Shown in pieces: positions 51,839 to 62,010 of a DNA stretch of 64,000 bases. Where the stretch lies: contig CAVSGO010000004.1 of the NCBI GenBank assembly GCA_963727525.1, positions 15,178 to 79,177 of the forward strand. The letters are read 5' to 3'. The notes below the pieces were generated by a model. The model made no database searches, was not told the DNA's origin, and saw only the letters and a program-made list of their open reading frames with translations. A program made the translations under genes and the position numbers. The DNA comes from an uncultured bacterium (lineage in GTDB: Bacteria; Krumholzibacteriota; Krumholzibacteriia; LZORAL124-64-63). Every line of letters starts with the position of its first letter. Positions within the stretch are counted from its first letter, which is position 1.

Positions 51839-53614
51839 ATGAGACGGTGGTTCGCGGGTTGGTTGTTCTTGTGCGTGGCCTCGGGGGCGCTCGCCGCCAC
51901 CACCGGTCCGATCACGCCCTGGGAGGCGAACGGCGGCAAACGCACCCCCACCTACGTCGAGACCATGGATTTCTGCCGCACCCTGGCCGCCACGTTTCCG
52001 CGGCAGATCTCATTCACCTCGTTCGGCATCAGCCCGCAGGGCCGCGATCTGCCCCTGCTCATCGCCGATGCCGGGGGGCGCTTCGATCCCTTCGCCGCCC
52101 GCGACGACGCCGGCCGCGTGGTCGTGTTGATCCAGGCCTGCATCCACGCCGGCGAGTGTTGCGGGAAGGACGCCGGCCTCCTGCTTCTGCGCGACCTGGT
52201 GAGCGGCGGGCGGCTGCCGCAGGACATCACGGTGCTGTTCATCCCGATCTTCAATGTCGACGGGCACGCGCGCTTCTCGCCTTACGGACGCATCAACCAA
52301 AATGGCCCCGAGTCGATGGGCTGGCGGGCGACAGCACAGAATCTCAACCTCAATCGTGACTACTTGAAGGCTGACGCGCCTGAGATGCGCGCATGGCTGC
52401 GGCTCTGGAACGACTGGTTGCCCGACTTCCTCGTCGACGTGCACTCCACCGATGGCGCCGACTACGTCTACCCGCTCACCTACGGACTGGAGCTGGCTGG
52501 CAATCTCGACGGGATCCTCACGAAGTGGGCGTCCCGCTACCTCGACGCGGTGAAGCTGGCCCTGAAGGTGGATGGCTATCCCCTGGCACCGTACCTCAGC
52601 TTCCGCGACTGGCATGATCCGCACAGCGGGCTGCGCACCTGGGTAGCCTCGCCGCGGTTCAGTCAGGGCTACGCGGCGGTGCAGAACCGGGTGGGGTTGC
52701 TCATCGAGGTCCACATGCTCAAGCCCTATCCCGTACGCGTGCGCTCCGCCGCGGCGATGCTCGGCCGCACGCTCGAGTACGTGGAGAGCCAGCACGCCGA
52801 GTTGCGCAAGCTGAACACCGCCGCGGACGCGCGCGCCGCGGAAATGGCTGGCGATGCGGAGACGTTGACGCTGTCCTGGCGTGACGGGGAGCGCAGCGAA
52901 CCCCTGACGTTCCTCGGGGTCGCGGCGGACACGGTCGTCAGCCCGGTGACCGGCGGCAGGTCCTTCGTGTTCCACAGTGACGAGCCGGACACCTTCACGA
53001 TACCCTGGTACCGATATCCGGAACCCGACGCCGTCGTGCGACTGCCCCAGGCGTACCTGGTACCGCCTCAGTGGGAGGCCGTGATCGAGCGCCTGCGCTG
53101 GCACGGCGTCAAGACCCGCCGCCTGAGCGAGGCCACGGCCATCGCGGTGCGCAGCTACCGGTTCGACCACCCGACCTGGCAGCAGGAGCCGTTCGAGGGG
53201 CATCATCCGCTCGAATACCAGGTCCACGAGGTCTCCGAGACACGGACCTTTCCGCCGGGCACCGTGGTCGTGCCGATGGACCAGCGCTCGGCGCGTGTCG
53301 TGGCCCACCTGCTCGAGCCCGAGGGCCCCGACTCCGTCGTGCGCTGGGGCTACTTCGACACGATCTTCTCCCAGGTGGAATACGCCGAGGACTACGTCAT
53401 CGATCGCCTGGCCGAGGAGATGGTGGAGGCGAGCCCGGCCCTGCGCGATTCGCTGGCGGCGCGCAAGCAACGCGATCCCGTGTTCGCCGGCGACCCCGAC
53501 GCGATCCGCGCCTGGTTCTACGAGAAGACGCCTTACCACGACAAGCAGCTCGACGTCTATCCCGTTGCCATGCTGGACGATGGCGCGCTCCTGGCGACGT
53601 TGCCGCTCGAGTGA
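51839..53614 (+). CDS. Secreted M14 family metallopeptidase
   Basis: Signal peptide; IHAGE, FNVDGH, NLNRD, VDVHSTDG, LLIEVH, LLEP. Confidence 0.9.
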   Translation: MRRWFAGWLFLCVASGALAATTGPITPWEANGGKRTPTYVETMDFCRTLAATFPRQISFTSFGISPQGRDLPLLIADAGGRFDPFAARDDAGRVVVLIQACIHAGECCGKDAGLLLLRDLVSGGRLPQDITVLFIPIFNVDGHARFSPYGRINQNGPESMGWRATAQNLNLNRDYLKADAPEMRAWLRLWNDWLPDFLVDVHSTDGADYVYPLTYGLELAGNLDGILTKWASRYLDAVKLALKVDGYPLAPYLSFRDWHDPHSGLRTWVASPRFSQGYAAVQNRVGLLIEVHMLKPYPVRVRSAAAMLGRTLEYVESQHAELRKLNTAADARAAEMAGDAETLTLSWRDGERSEPLTFLGVAADTVVSPVTGGRSFVFHSDEPDTFTIPWYRYPEPDAVVRLPQAYLVPPQWEAVIERLRWHGVKTRRLSEATAIAVRSYRFDHPTWQQEPFEGHHPLEYQVHEVSETRTFPPGTVVVPMDQRSARVVAHLLEPEGPDSVVRWGYFDTIFSQVEYAEDYVIDRLAEEMVEASPALRDSLAARKQRDPVFAGDPDAIRAWFYEKTPYHDKQLDVYPVAMLDDGALLATLPLE

Positions 53615-53657
53615 GCGGCGGCCGCGATTGTCAAGACCAAGCCAATCTTTGATGAAT

Positions 53658-53685
53658 TTTACAGAACATTAACGTTGGTTTGACA
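53658..53685 (+). promoter_or_regulatory. Candidate Pho box upstream of pstS (operon 2)
   Basis: TTTACA-gaaca-TTAACG-ttggt-TTGACA, exact 11-bp period. Confidence 0.75.
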
Positions 53686-53763
53686 TTGCCAATACACGCT
53701 GAATCTACGCTTTCGCCCGTGGCTAGCGGACCGCGGGTCCGCCGATCCCTCCCTGAACCAAGG

Positions 53764-54768
53764 ATGCGTGTGATGAAGACGAGTATGCTGATGGCCAAGG
53801 CCATCTCGGTGGTCGCCAGCATGGGGATCCTGGCGGGTATCGTCCTGGCGAGCGTCGGCGTGGATCCGAACCTGCCCTCCTACGAGAAGACGAAGGGCGT
53901 GTCCGGTTCCATCAAGAGCATCGGCTCGGACACCATGAACAACCTCATGGCTCTGTGGTCGGAAGACTTCCGCACCATGTATCCCAGCGTCCAGGTGGAA
54001 ATCGAGGGCAAGGGATCGAGCACTGCGCCGCCGGCCCTCATCAACGGCACGTCGAACTTCGGGCCCATGAGCCGTAACATCAAGGCCGACGAGGCCGACC
54101 AGTTCGAAGCCAAGTACGGCTACAAGCCCACCCAGCTGCGCACGTCGATCGACATGCTCGCCGTCTACGTCAACAAGGACAACCCCATCGAGGGCCTGAC
54201 GCTGCAGCAGGCCGACGCCATCTTCTCGAGCACCCGCAAGGGCGGCTACCCGAAGGACATCCGCACCTGGGGCGACCTCGGACTCACCGGCGAGTGGGCC
54301 AACAAACCCATCAGCCTCTATGGCCGCAACAGTGCCAGCGGCACGTATGGCTTCTTCAAGGAGCACGCGCTGGCCAAGGGCGACTACAAGGACAGCGTCA
54401 AGGAGCAGCCAGGTTCGTCGTCCGTGGTGCAGGGCGTGGCGAGCGACAAGTACGGCATCGGCTACAGCGGCATCGGCTACAAGACGGCCGACGTCCGAGC
54501 CGTGGCCCTGAGCGCGGACACCGGCGAGCATCCCGACTACGTCGAGGCCGTCGCTGAAAACGCCTACACCGGCGACTATCCTCTCTCGCGCTTCCTCTAC
54601 CTCACCGTCAACGTCAAGCCGGGCGCGGAGCTGGACCCACTGCGCCGCGAGTTCATCAAGTACGTCTTCTCGAAGGACGGCCAGATGAACGTCATCAAGG
54701 ACGGCTACTATCCCGTGACCGCGACCATCGCCGGCGAGGAACTGCAGAAGGTGGGCATCGCCCACTGA
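53764..54768 (+). CDS. pstS: Phosphate-binding protein, Pseudomonas-type (operon 2)
   Basis: SIGSDTMNNL, GKGSSTAPPAL, GPMSR, YGRNSASGTYGFF, EQPGSS, YPLSRFLY. Start 53764 or 53773. Confidence 0.94.
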   Translation: MRVMKTSMLMAKAISVVASMGILAGIVLASVGVDPNLPSYEKTKGVSGSIKSIGSDTMNNLMALWSEDFRTMYPSVQVEIEGKGSSTAPPALINGTSNFGPMSRNIKADEADQFEAKYGYKPTQLRTSIDMLAVYVNKDNPIEGLTLQQADAIFSSTRKGGYPKDIRTWGDLGLTGEWANKPISLYGRNSASGTYGFFKEHALAKGDYKDSVKEQPGSSSVVQGVASDKYGIGYSGIGYKTADVRAVALSADTGEHPDYVEAVAENAYTGDYPLSRFLYLTVNVKPGAELDPLRREFIKYVFSKDGQMNVIKDGYYPVTATIAGEELQKVGIAH

Positions 54769-54793
54769 CCTGCGCAACCAGGGTGCTGGCCGG

Positions 54794-57412
54794 ATGACAC
54801 AGGGCCGTCGAAGCGAGAGGAATGACTTCACGGGGCGCACGCGCACGCGCGCGCCCAAGCGTTCGGTGCTGATCATCGATCGCGTGGCGCGCTGGGTGAT
54901 CACTCTTGGCGGCATCGGCAGCATCGCCGCCGTCTCGCTGGTGGGACTCTTCCTCTTCTATGTCGTCGTTCCTCTCTTCCTGCCGCCGCGCCTGCCGCGT
55001 CTCGACGCGCGGCCTGCCAGCGACGTCGTGTCGCGTGCGGTGGACCTCGGAGTGAACGAGTACCGCACGATGGTGTGGAGCATGCATCGCGATGGTATGA
55101 TCATCGTGCGGCGGCTGGCGGATGGGACCGTGCTCAAGCGTATCGGCGTGCCCGATGCCGAACGATTGACCTGCTGGTCTTTCGGCAACGGCAACGATCA
55201 CTGCGCGTTCGGCTATAGCGACGGCAGCATCCGGATCGGCACGCTCGGCTTCTCCACCGCCTACCTCGACGAGGACACGCTGCCGGCCGAGCTGCGCGAT
55301 CTGGCCGTTGATCAGCCGGCGGCGTTGCGCGAGGGCATCGTGGAGCGGACGCCCGAGCATCAGTTCCGCTTCCAGTCGCTCGCACTCGATCTCGGCGATC
55401 CGCTGCCGCTGAGCGCGGCGCCGATCACGCTGCTCGATCAGAGCCTCGGCAATCGCGGCGTGGTGTTCGCCGCTCTCGACGCCGCCGGATCCCTGCACGT
55501 GCGGGAGCTACGCGAGCGCACGAACCTACTGACGGGCAAGAAGACCGTCACCTCGGTGGGCAAGGAGGTCGACCTGCGCGCGGCCGGCCTGTTCGCCGAG
55601 GATCGCCCCGCACCACGGGATCTGCTGCTCACAGGCCTCGGCGACAACGCTCTGCTCGCGTGGTCGGACGGGAGGCTGTTGCGCGTCGACACCTCCGATC
55701 CTTCGGCGCCCGCTGTGGCCGAGGACCTCGACATCGTGCCCGAGGCGGGGCATCGCATCACGGCGCTCGGATTCATGCTGGGCAAGAGTTCGCTGATCTG
55801 CGGCGATGACCTGGGCAAGGTGCGAGTCTGGTTCCGCGTGAAGACCGACGAGCTGGAGCGCCCCGACGGGACGTCCCTCGTGATGGCGCACGAGCTGGAT
55901 ACGGCAGGCTCGCCTGTCACCGCCCTCACCAGCTCGCAGCGCACCCGGATGATCGCCGCGGGCTTCGCCGATGGGACGGTGGCGCTGTACCAGGTGACGA
56001 ACGACCGCCGCCTCGCCCGCGTGCCGGCCGCCGACGATGGTGAGCCGGTGGAGCAGGTCGTGCTCGCACCCCGCAACGACCTGCTGCTCGCACTGGCCGG
56101 CGGTCAGACCATCCAGTGGGCCGTGGACACGAAGTATCCCGAGATCAACGCCAAAGCCCTGTTCGGCAAGGTGTGGTACGAGGGGTACGATGCGCCGGCC
56201 TACGTTTGGCAGTCGTCCGCCGCCACCGACAGCTTCGAGCCGAAGTACAGCCTCACGCCCCTGATCTTCGGCACCCTCAAGGCCACGCTCTACTCGCTTC
56301 TGATCGGCCTGCCGCTCGCGTGGTTCGCCGCGATCTCCACGTCCGAGTTCGTGAGTGCGCGTACGAAGGCGCGGGTGAAACCCACGATCGAGCTGATGGC
56401 GAGTCTGCCCAGCGTAGTGCTCGGCTTTCTCGCTGCCCTCGTCTTCGCGCCATTTCTGGCGCAGTGGGTTCCGGCAGCGCTCACGGCGGTGGTGACCGTG
56501 CCGCTCTGCTTCCTGCTGGGCGCCTACTTCTGGCAGCTCCTGCCCCGCGAGAAGGCGTTGCGGGTGGGTTGGGCGAAGCTGCCGCTCGTGGCCCTCGCGC
56601 TGCCGCTGGGGATCGTCGTCGCCTGGCGACTCGGCCCCGCGGTCGAGAGCCATCTCTTCGCCGGCGACATGCTGGCCTGGCTCGACGGTCAGATCGGCTC
56701 GGGGATGGGGGGCTGGCTCTTCCTGCTGCTGCCGCTGAGCGCCGTGGTCGTCTTCTTCGTACAGATCCAGATCGTGGACACCTGGCTGCGCGCGCCGCGG
56801 TGGCGGTGGACCCGCGCGCGCTTCGCGCTGGTCGATCTCGGGCGCTTCGTCCTGGGTGTCGCAGCGGCGCTGGGCCTGGCCTTCGGCATCTCGTGGCTGC
56901 TGGCCGCGGCGGGCCTCGATCCGCGGGGGACGTTCGTCGACACCTACGTGCAGCGCAACGCGCTGGTCGTCGGCGTCGTGATGGGATTCGCGATCATCCC
57001 CATCATCTACACGATCAGCGAGGACGCGCTGTCGGCCGTGCCGAACCATCTGCGAGCGGCCTCTCTCGGCGCCGGTGCCACGCAGTGGCAAACCGCGATC
57101 CGCGTCGTCATCCCGCCGGCCACCAGCGGGCTCTTCTCCGCCATGATGATCGGCCTGGGGCGCGCCGTCGGCGAGACGATGATCGTCCTCATGGCCGCGG
57201 GCAACACGCCCATCATGGAGTGGAACATCTTCAACGGTTTCCGCACGCTCTCGGCGAACATCGCCGTGGAGCTGCCCGAAGCCGTGCAGAACAGTACGCA
57301 CTATCGCACCCTGTTCCTGGCTGCGCTCACTCTGTTCGTGATGACCTTCATCCTGAACACGGTGGCGGAGGCTGTGCGCATCCGCTTTCGCAAGAAGTCG
57401 CTCGAGCTATGA
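54794..57412 (+). CDS. pstC: Long PstC permease with beta-propeller-like periplasmic region
   Basis: KVWYEGY..WQSS..EPKYSL.PLIFGTLKA, KPTIELMASLPSVVLG, GRAVGETMIVLMA; WD40-like repeats at the N-terminus. Confidence 0.92.
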   Translation: MTQGRRSERNDFTGRTRTRAPKRSVLIIDRVARWVITLGGIGSIAAVSLVGLFLFYVVVPLFLPPRLPRLDARPASDVVSRAVDLGVNEYRTMVWSMHRDGMIIVRRLADGTVLKRIGVPDAERLTCWSFGNGNDHCAFGYSDGSIRIGTLGFSTAYLDEDTLPAELRDLAVDQPAALREGIVERTPEHQFRFQSLALDLGDPLPLSAAPITLLDQSLGNRGVVFAALDAAGSLHVRELRERTNLLTGKKTVTSVGKEVDLRAAGLFAEDRPAPRDLLLTGLGDNALLAWSDGRLLRVDTSDPSAPAVAEDLDIVPEAGHRITALGFMLGKSSLICGDDLGKVRVWFRVKTDELERPDGTSLVMAHELDTAGSPVTALTSSQRTRMIAAGFADGTVALYQVTNDRRLARVPAADDGEPVEQVVLAPRNDLLLALAGGQTIQWAVDTKYPEINAKALFGKVWYEGYDAPAYVWQSSAATDSFEPKYSLTPLIFGTLKATLYSLLIGLPLAWFAAISTSEFVSARTKARVKPTIELMASLPSVVLGFLAALVFAPFLAQWVPAALTAVVTVPLCFLLGAYFWQLLPREKALRVGWAKLPLVALALPLGIVVAWRLGPAVESHLFAGDMLAWLDGQIGSGMGGWLFLLLPLSAVVVFFVQIQIVDTWLRAPRWRWTRARFALVDLGRFVLGVAAALGLAFGISWLLAAAGLDPRGTFVDTYVQRNALVVGVVMGFAIIPIIYTISEDALSAVPNHLRAASLGAGATQWQTAIRVVIPPATSGLFSAMMIGLGRAVGETMIVLMAAGNTPIMEWNIFNGFRTLSANIAVELPEAVQNSTHYRTLFLAALTLFVMTFILNTVAEAVRIRFRKKSLEL

Positions 57413-59214
57413 AGACGACGACCGCACCGCTCCCGTCCGGCGAATCGGCGCCCCTGCGGCCCGCGGCGGGTGGACGCCTCGCCAGCCTGCGCCAGCGCAC
57501 GGCCGGCTCGCGCGTCGCCGCGTCGATGCTGGCCGAGAGCGAGCCGCTGCTCTGGCTGACCACCGGCGGCCTCGTGGTCTGCCTGGCGATGATCGTCGGA
57601 ATCATGGGCCTCGTCTTCTGGCAGGGGATCAAGACGTTCTGGCCGGGTCCGGTGGTCAGCGTCCACACCCTCGACGACCGCACGGTCTGGGGCGAGGTCA
57701 CCCGCAATGACGAGTTCCGGCCCGAGCCGACCCTCCTGAATGGTCTGTCCGTGCTGGAGATCTCCGCGGCGCGCGGCGAGATGGCGCGCAGCGAAGACCA
57801 CCTGCACCTGCACCGGCGCTTGCTGCGCTCGGGCAACTTCGAGTTGACGGGCGAGCACTTCACCTGGATCAGCGACTACGAGATCGCCGCGCAGGGAATC
57901 ACCCATCCGCGCTGGGCATTGGTGCTCGAGCGACTGGCCTGGGGTCGCTTCTACGGCGAACCGGTGGCCTGGGTGGTCGACGGCCAGGTGACGGCCACGG
58001 GCCCGGACGCCACATGGCAGATTTTCCAGCGCGAGAATCCGGAAGCGCGCCGGCTGTATCGCGAGCAGCGCCGCCTCGAGACACACGAGATGGCTCGTCT
58101 CAACCACCGGGTCGAGGCGGCCCGCCTCGCGGCCCGCGGCGTCGAGCTGGATCGTGGGGCGCAGTCGCTCGCCTATCGTCAGGCGCAGGCTCACGCCCGG
58201 CTCGTGGAGGAAGAGACGCAGCAGACCTTCCGCGAGCTGACGGCGCGCATTCAGGCCTACAAGGACGCGAACACGCGCCAGGCGATCCGGATGCGCACGA
58301 GCGACGGCCAGGAGAAGGACGTCGCCATCGGCGACATCGTGCGCGCGTATCCGGCCAACCAGCTCGATCTCGGCCAGAAGCTGGCGGTCTACGGCTCGCG
58401 CTGGTGGGAGTTCCTCACGGCGGAGCCGCGCGAGGCCAACAGCGAGGGCGGGGTGTTCCCGGCCATCTTCGGCACCGTGGTGATGACGCTGATCATGACG
58501 ATTATCGTGGTACCCTTCGGCGTGCTGGCCGCCTTGTACCTGCGCGAGTACGCCAAGGCGGGGCCCGTCGTCAGCGCCGTGCGCATATCGATCAACAACC
58601 TGGCCGGCGTGCCGAGCATCGTCTTCGGCGTGTTCGGTCTCGGTTTCTTCGCCTACATCATCGGCGGCATGATGGACCACGCGTTCTTCGCGGCCAAGCT
58701 GCCCAGCCCCACCTATGGCACCGGCGGCCTGCTCTGGGCCTCGCTCACGCTCGCCCTCCTGACGCTGCCCGTGGTGATCGTGGCCACGGAGGAGGCCCTG
58801 GCGGCCGTATCGGGGTCGATGCGCGAGGGTAGCTACGCCTGCGGCGCCAGCAAGTGGCAGACGATCCAGCGCATCGTGTTGCCGCGGGCCCTGCCGGGCA
58901 TCATGACCGGAGCCATCCTCGCCATGGCGCGTGGTGCGGGCGAGGTGGCACCCCTGATGCTGGTGGGCGCGGTGAAGCTGGCTCCAGAGTTGCCGGTGGA
59001 CGGGATCTCGCCGTTCTTGCATCCAGAGCGAAGCTTCATGCATCTGGGCTTCCACATCTTCGACCTGGGATTCCAGAGCCAGAACAGCGAGGCCGCCAAG
59101 CCGATGGTGTTCACGACGACCCTCCTGCTGATCCTGATCATCACCGTGCTGAACCTGGCTGCGATCTGGCTGCGCACACGCTTGCGTCGCAAGTTCGTGG
59201 GCTCGCAGTTCTGA
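57409..59214 (+). CDS. pstA: Long PstA permease with extra periplasmic domain
   Basis: [41 protein letters not shown]; ATGA overlap. Confidence 0.92.
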   Translation: MKTTTAPLPSGESAPLRPAAGGRLASLRQRTAGSRVAASMLAESEPLLWLTTGGLVVCLAMIVGIMGLVFWQGIKTFWPGPVVSVHTLDDRTVWGEVTRNDEFRPEPTLLNGLSVLEISAARGEMARSEDHLHLHRRLLRSGNFELTGEHFTWISDYEIAAQGITHPRWALVLERLAWGRFYGEPVAWVVDGQVTATGPDATWQIFQRENPEARRLYREQRRLETHEMARLNHRVEAARLAARGVELDRGAQSLAYRQAQAHARLVEEETQQTFRELTARIQAYKDANTRQAIRMRTSDGQEKDVAIGDIVRAYPANQLDLGQKLAVYGSRWWEFLTAEPREANSEGGVFPAIFGTVVMTLIMTIIVVPFGVLAALYLREYAKAGPVVSAVRISINNLAGVPSIVFGVFGLGFFAYIIGGMMDHAFFAAKLPSPTYGTGGLLWASLTLALLTLPVVIVATEEALAAVSGSMREGSYACGASKWQTIQRIVLPRALPGIMTGAILAMARGAGEVAPLMLVGAVKLAPELPVDGISPFLHPERSFMHLGFHIFDLGFQSQNSEAAKPMVFTTTLLLILIITVLNLAAIWLRTRLRRKFVGSQF

Positions 59215-59261
59215 CGGGCAGCGTGCTGGCCCGTGGCGGGCCAGCGGTGAGTCGAGGCCTC

Positions 59262-60206
59262 ATGAGGACGCAGATGTCGAGAGACGAGCAGAGCAACGCA
59301 GCACCCGTGCCGCCACTGCTGGCACCACGCCGACGCGATGAGGCCGATCCCGCCGACGCGCCCTCGCGTTTCGTCGACAGGGAGGATCGCCTGGCTGCCA
59401 TCGCCGCGGGTCAGGATGTGCCCAGCGAGGTCCACGCCGAGGTGATGCGCGAGGACGCGGTGCTCGACATCATGGACTTCAACCTCTGGTACGGTGAGAA
59501 GCGCGCCCTCTACGACATCAGCATGCCCGTCCCGCGCGGCAAGGTGACGGCGCTAATCGGCCCGTCCGGCTGCGGCAAGAGCACGCTCTTGCGATCGGTG
59601 AACCGCCTCAACGACCTCATCGCGTCCGTGCGCGTCGGCGGCGACATGCGCCTGCAAGGCGACAGCATCTACGGCCCCGGCGTGGACGTGATCGAGCTGC
59701 GCCGCCGCATGGGCATGGTCTTCCAGAAGTCGAATCCATTCCCGATGAGCATCTTCGAGAACGTGGTGTATCCGCTGCGCATCGACGGCGAGCGCAACAA
59801 GACCGTTCTGCGCGACGTGTGCGAGCGCGCGCTGCGCGGATCCGCGCTCTGGGACGAGGTGCATGATCGTCTGGGCGAGAGCGCCCTCGGCATGTCCGGT
59901 GGGCAGCAGCAGCGCCTCTGTATCGCGCGCGCCATTGCGGCCGAGCCGGAAGTGCTCCTGATGGACGAGCCGTGCTCGGCCCTCGACCCCATCGCCACGA
60001 GCAAGATCGAGGATCTGATCAACCACCTCCGGGGCGACTACTCCATCCTCATCGTGACCCACAACATGCAGCAGGCCTCCCGCGTGAGCGACTACACGGC
60101 GTTCATGTATCTGGGGCGCCTCATCGAGTACGGGCCGACCGAGGAGATCTTCACGAATCCCCACTTGAAGGAAACCGAGGACTACATCACGGGTCGATTC
60201 GGTTAA
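59262..60206 (+). CDS. pstB: Phosphate ABC transporter ATPase (operon 2)
   Basis: [41 protein letters not shown]. Start 59262 or 59274. Confidence 0.95.
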   Translation: MRTQMSRDEQSNAAPVPPLLAPRRRDEADPADAPSRFVDREDRLAAIAAGQDVPSEVHAEVMREDAVLDIMDFNLWYGEKRALYDISMPVPRGKVTALIGPSGCGKSTLLRSVNRLNDLIASVRVGGDMRLQGDSIYGPGVDVIELRRRMGMVFQKSNPFPMSIFENVVYPLRIDGERNKTVLRDVCERALRGSALWDEVHDRLGESALGMSGGQQQRLCIARAIAAEPEVLLMDEPCSALDPIATSKIEDLINHLRGDYSILIVTHNMQQASRVSDYTAFMYLGRLIEYGPTEEIFTNPHLKETEDYITGRFG

Positions 60207-60333
60207 CTACAAGCAATTTTAAGGCTTACAGTGTTGGCTGGCGGCGCTCCGGAAGCGTCGCTACGCTGACCGCAAGCCAGACAATTCCCGTCGGCGTTTG
60301 CTCCGCCTTCCCTTAAATACAGAGGAGACCCTC

Positions 60334-60924
60334 ATGTCCTCGGCATCGCGAAGTCTCGGCAGCCTGGGCATCCTCGCCACGGCTGCCCTCCTCCTGCTCG
60401 CCGACGCCCCCGCGGCCCATGCCACCATGCTCGTGTACAGCACGGACCTGTCCGGGGCGAACCAGGAGCCGCCCAACGCCTCGCCAGGTACGGGCACCTC
60501 GCAGGTCTATGTCGACGACGTGGCGCACACCATGCGCGTGGTCATCGCCTTCTCGAGCCTCACGGGCACGACCACGGCCTGCCACATCCACGCTCCGACG
60601 GCGTTGCCGGGCGAGGGCACGGCCGGCGTCGCCTCGCCGACCCCGACTTTTCCCGGCTTTCCCTCGGGCGTCACCACAGGCACCTACGACATGACCTTCG
60701 ACATGACCAGCGCGGCGAGCTACAACGCGTCGTTTCTGGCCGCGAGTGGGGGCGATCCGGCCCAGGCCGAGGCAGCTCTCTTCATGAGCTTCGCCGCCGG
60801 CACCGCGTACCTCAACATCCACACCGGTGCGTTCCCCGGCGGCGAGATCCGTGGCTTCTACGGCGACGGCACGGTCGGTGCGCAGGCCGCGACGTGGGGA
60901 GGGGTGAAGGCGATCTTCGAGTGA
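60334..60924 (+). CDS. Secreted CHRD-domain protein with short C-terminal TWGGVKAIF tail
   Basis: AGAGGAG RBS; signal peptide; LSGANQEPP..SPGTG, CHIH, AYLNIHT..FPGGEIRG; tail VGAQAATWGGVKAIFE. Confidence 0.9.
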   Translation: MSSASRSLGSLGILATAALLLLADAPAAHATMLVYSTDLSGANQEPPNASPGTGTSQVYVDDVAHTMRVVIAFSSLTGTTTACHIHAPTALPGEGTAGVASPTPTFPGFPSGVTTGTYDMTFDMTSAASYNASFLAASGGDPAQAEAALFMSFAAGTAYLNIHTGAFPGGEIRGFYGDGTVGAQAATWGGVKAIFE

Positions 60925-61053
60925 TCGTACGCGTGACTGGTGTCGCGGCGCCGCCTCGGTCAAGCCGGGGCGGCGCCGTCGTATCGGGGTCAGCCTGTCA
61001 CGCCCGCGATGGCGAGGACGTACCTCCTTCACGACGCAACCCTGGAGGTATCC

Positions 61054-62010
61054 ATGACGCGATGGACTGCTCGATTCGACCCGCGCGCCGCCCTCACCCT
61101 GCTCGGCCTCGTGCTGGGCGCGGGCGACGGCCTTGCCGATACCGCGACCTACCAGCTCACATTCACGGCGACCTGGAGCGCCGAGACCCATCCCCAGGAC
61201 TTCCCGAGCAATGCCCACTTTTCGCCGCTGGTCGGCGGCGTGCACGGCGACGAGGTGACGTTCTGGCAGGAGGGCGAACCGGCGACGCTCGGCATGCAGC
61301 GCATGGCCGAATGGGGGGACACCACACCCCTGGACACGGAGGTGCAGACTGCGATCGACGCGGGGCAGGCGCTCGCGATCGTCATCGGTGAAGGCCTGCC
61401 AAACTCGCCGGATGAGACCAGCGTGGAGTTCACTGCCAACGATACGTTTTCCCGGCTCACGCTCGTGGCCATGGTGGCTCCGAGTCCCGACTGGTTCGCG
61501 GGTGTGTCGGGTCTCGAGCTGCGGCCCGAGGGCGCGTGGGTCGACGGGATCGTCGTCGATCTCTACCCTTTCGACGCTGGCACCGATGCCGGCATCACCT
61601 ACACGGCGCCCGACCAGGTCGAGGTGCCGCACGTCCCCATCGCGCCCATCACCGGCGAACCCTTCACGCCGGGCGTGCCGGTGGGGACGTTCACGCTCAC
61701 CTTGTTGACGACGACGGACGTGCCCGAGCCGGCGTCCCTCGCCCTGAGCGCCTCGCCCAATCCCTTCAATCCCGCGACCACGGTGAGCTACGGCGCCGCG
61801 ACGGCGGGGCGGCTTACCCTCACGGTGCATGACCTTCGCGGCGCCCGCGTGGCCACGCTGCTCGATACCGACGTCGCGGCAGGGCCGGGCGCGGTGCACT
61901 GGGATGGGCGGGACGTGTGGGGTCGGTCCGCAGCCGCGGGCACTTACGTGCTGCGTCTGCGCGACGCGTCCGGCATCGTGGCGACGCGGAAGATCACGCT
62001 GGTGGAATAG
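61054..62010 (+). CDS. Secreted Spondin_N-domain protein with FlgD-Ig CTD
   Basis: ATWSAETHP, HFSPLVG, MAEWG, MVAPSPDWFAG, FDAGTD; SPNPFNP..WDGRD..GTY. Confidence 0.9.
   Translation: MTRWTARFDPRAALTLLGLVLGAGDGLADTATYQLTFTATWSAETHPQDFPSNAHFSPLVGGVHGDEVTFWQEGEPATLGMQRMAEWGDTTPLDTEVQTAIDAGQALAIVIGEGLPNSPDETSVEFTANDTFSRLTLVAMVAPSPDWFAGVSGLELRPEGAWVDGIVVDLYPFDAGTDAGITYTAPDQVEVPHVPIAPITGEPFTPGVPVGTFTLTLLTTTDVPEPASLALSASPNPFNPATTVSYGAATAGRLTLTVHDLRGARVATLLDTDVAAGPGAVHWDGRDVWGRSAAAGTYVLRLRDASGIVATRKITLVE

Noticed and set aside
56116-57408. Apparent 1032-aa PstA (fusion or frameshift with PstC)
   Set aside because: The upstream part is an alternative frame within pstC; the real start ATG 57409 overlaps the pstC stop in the usual ATGA manner.
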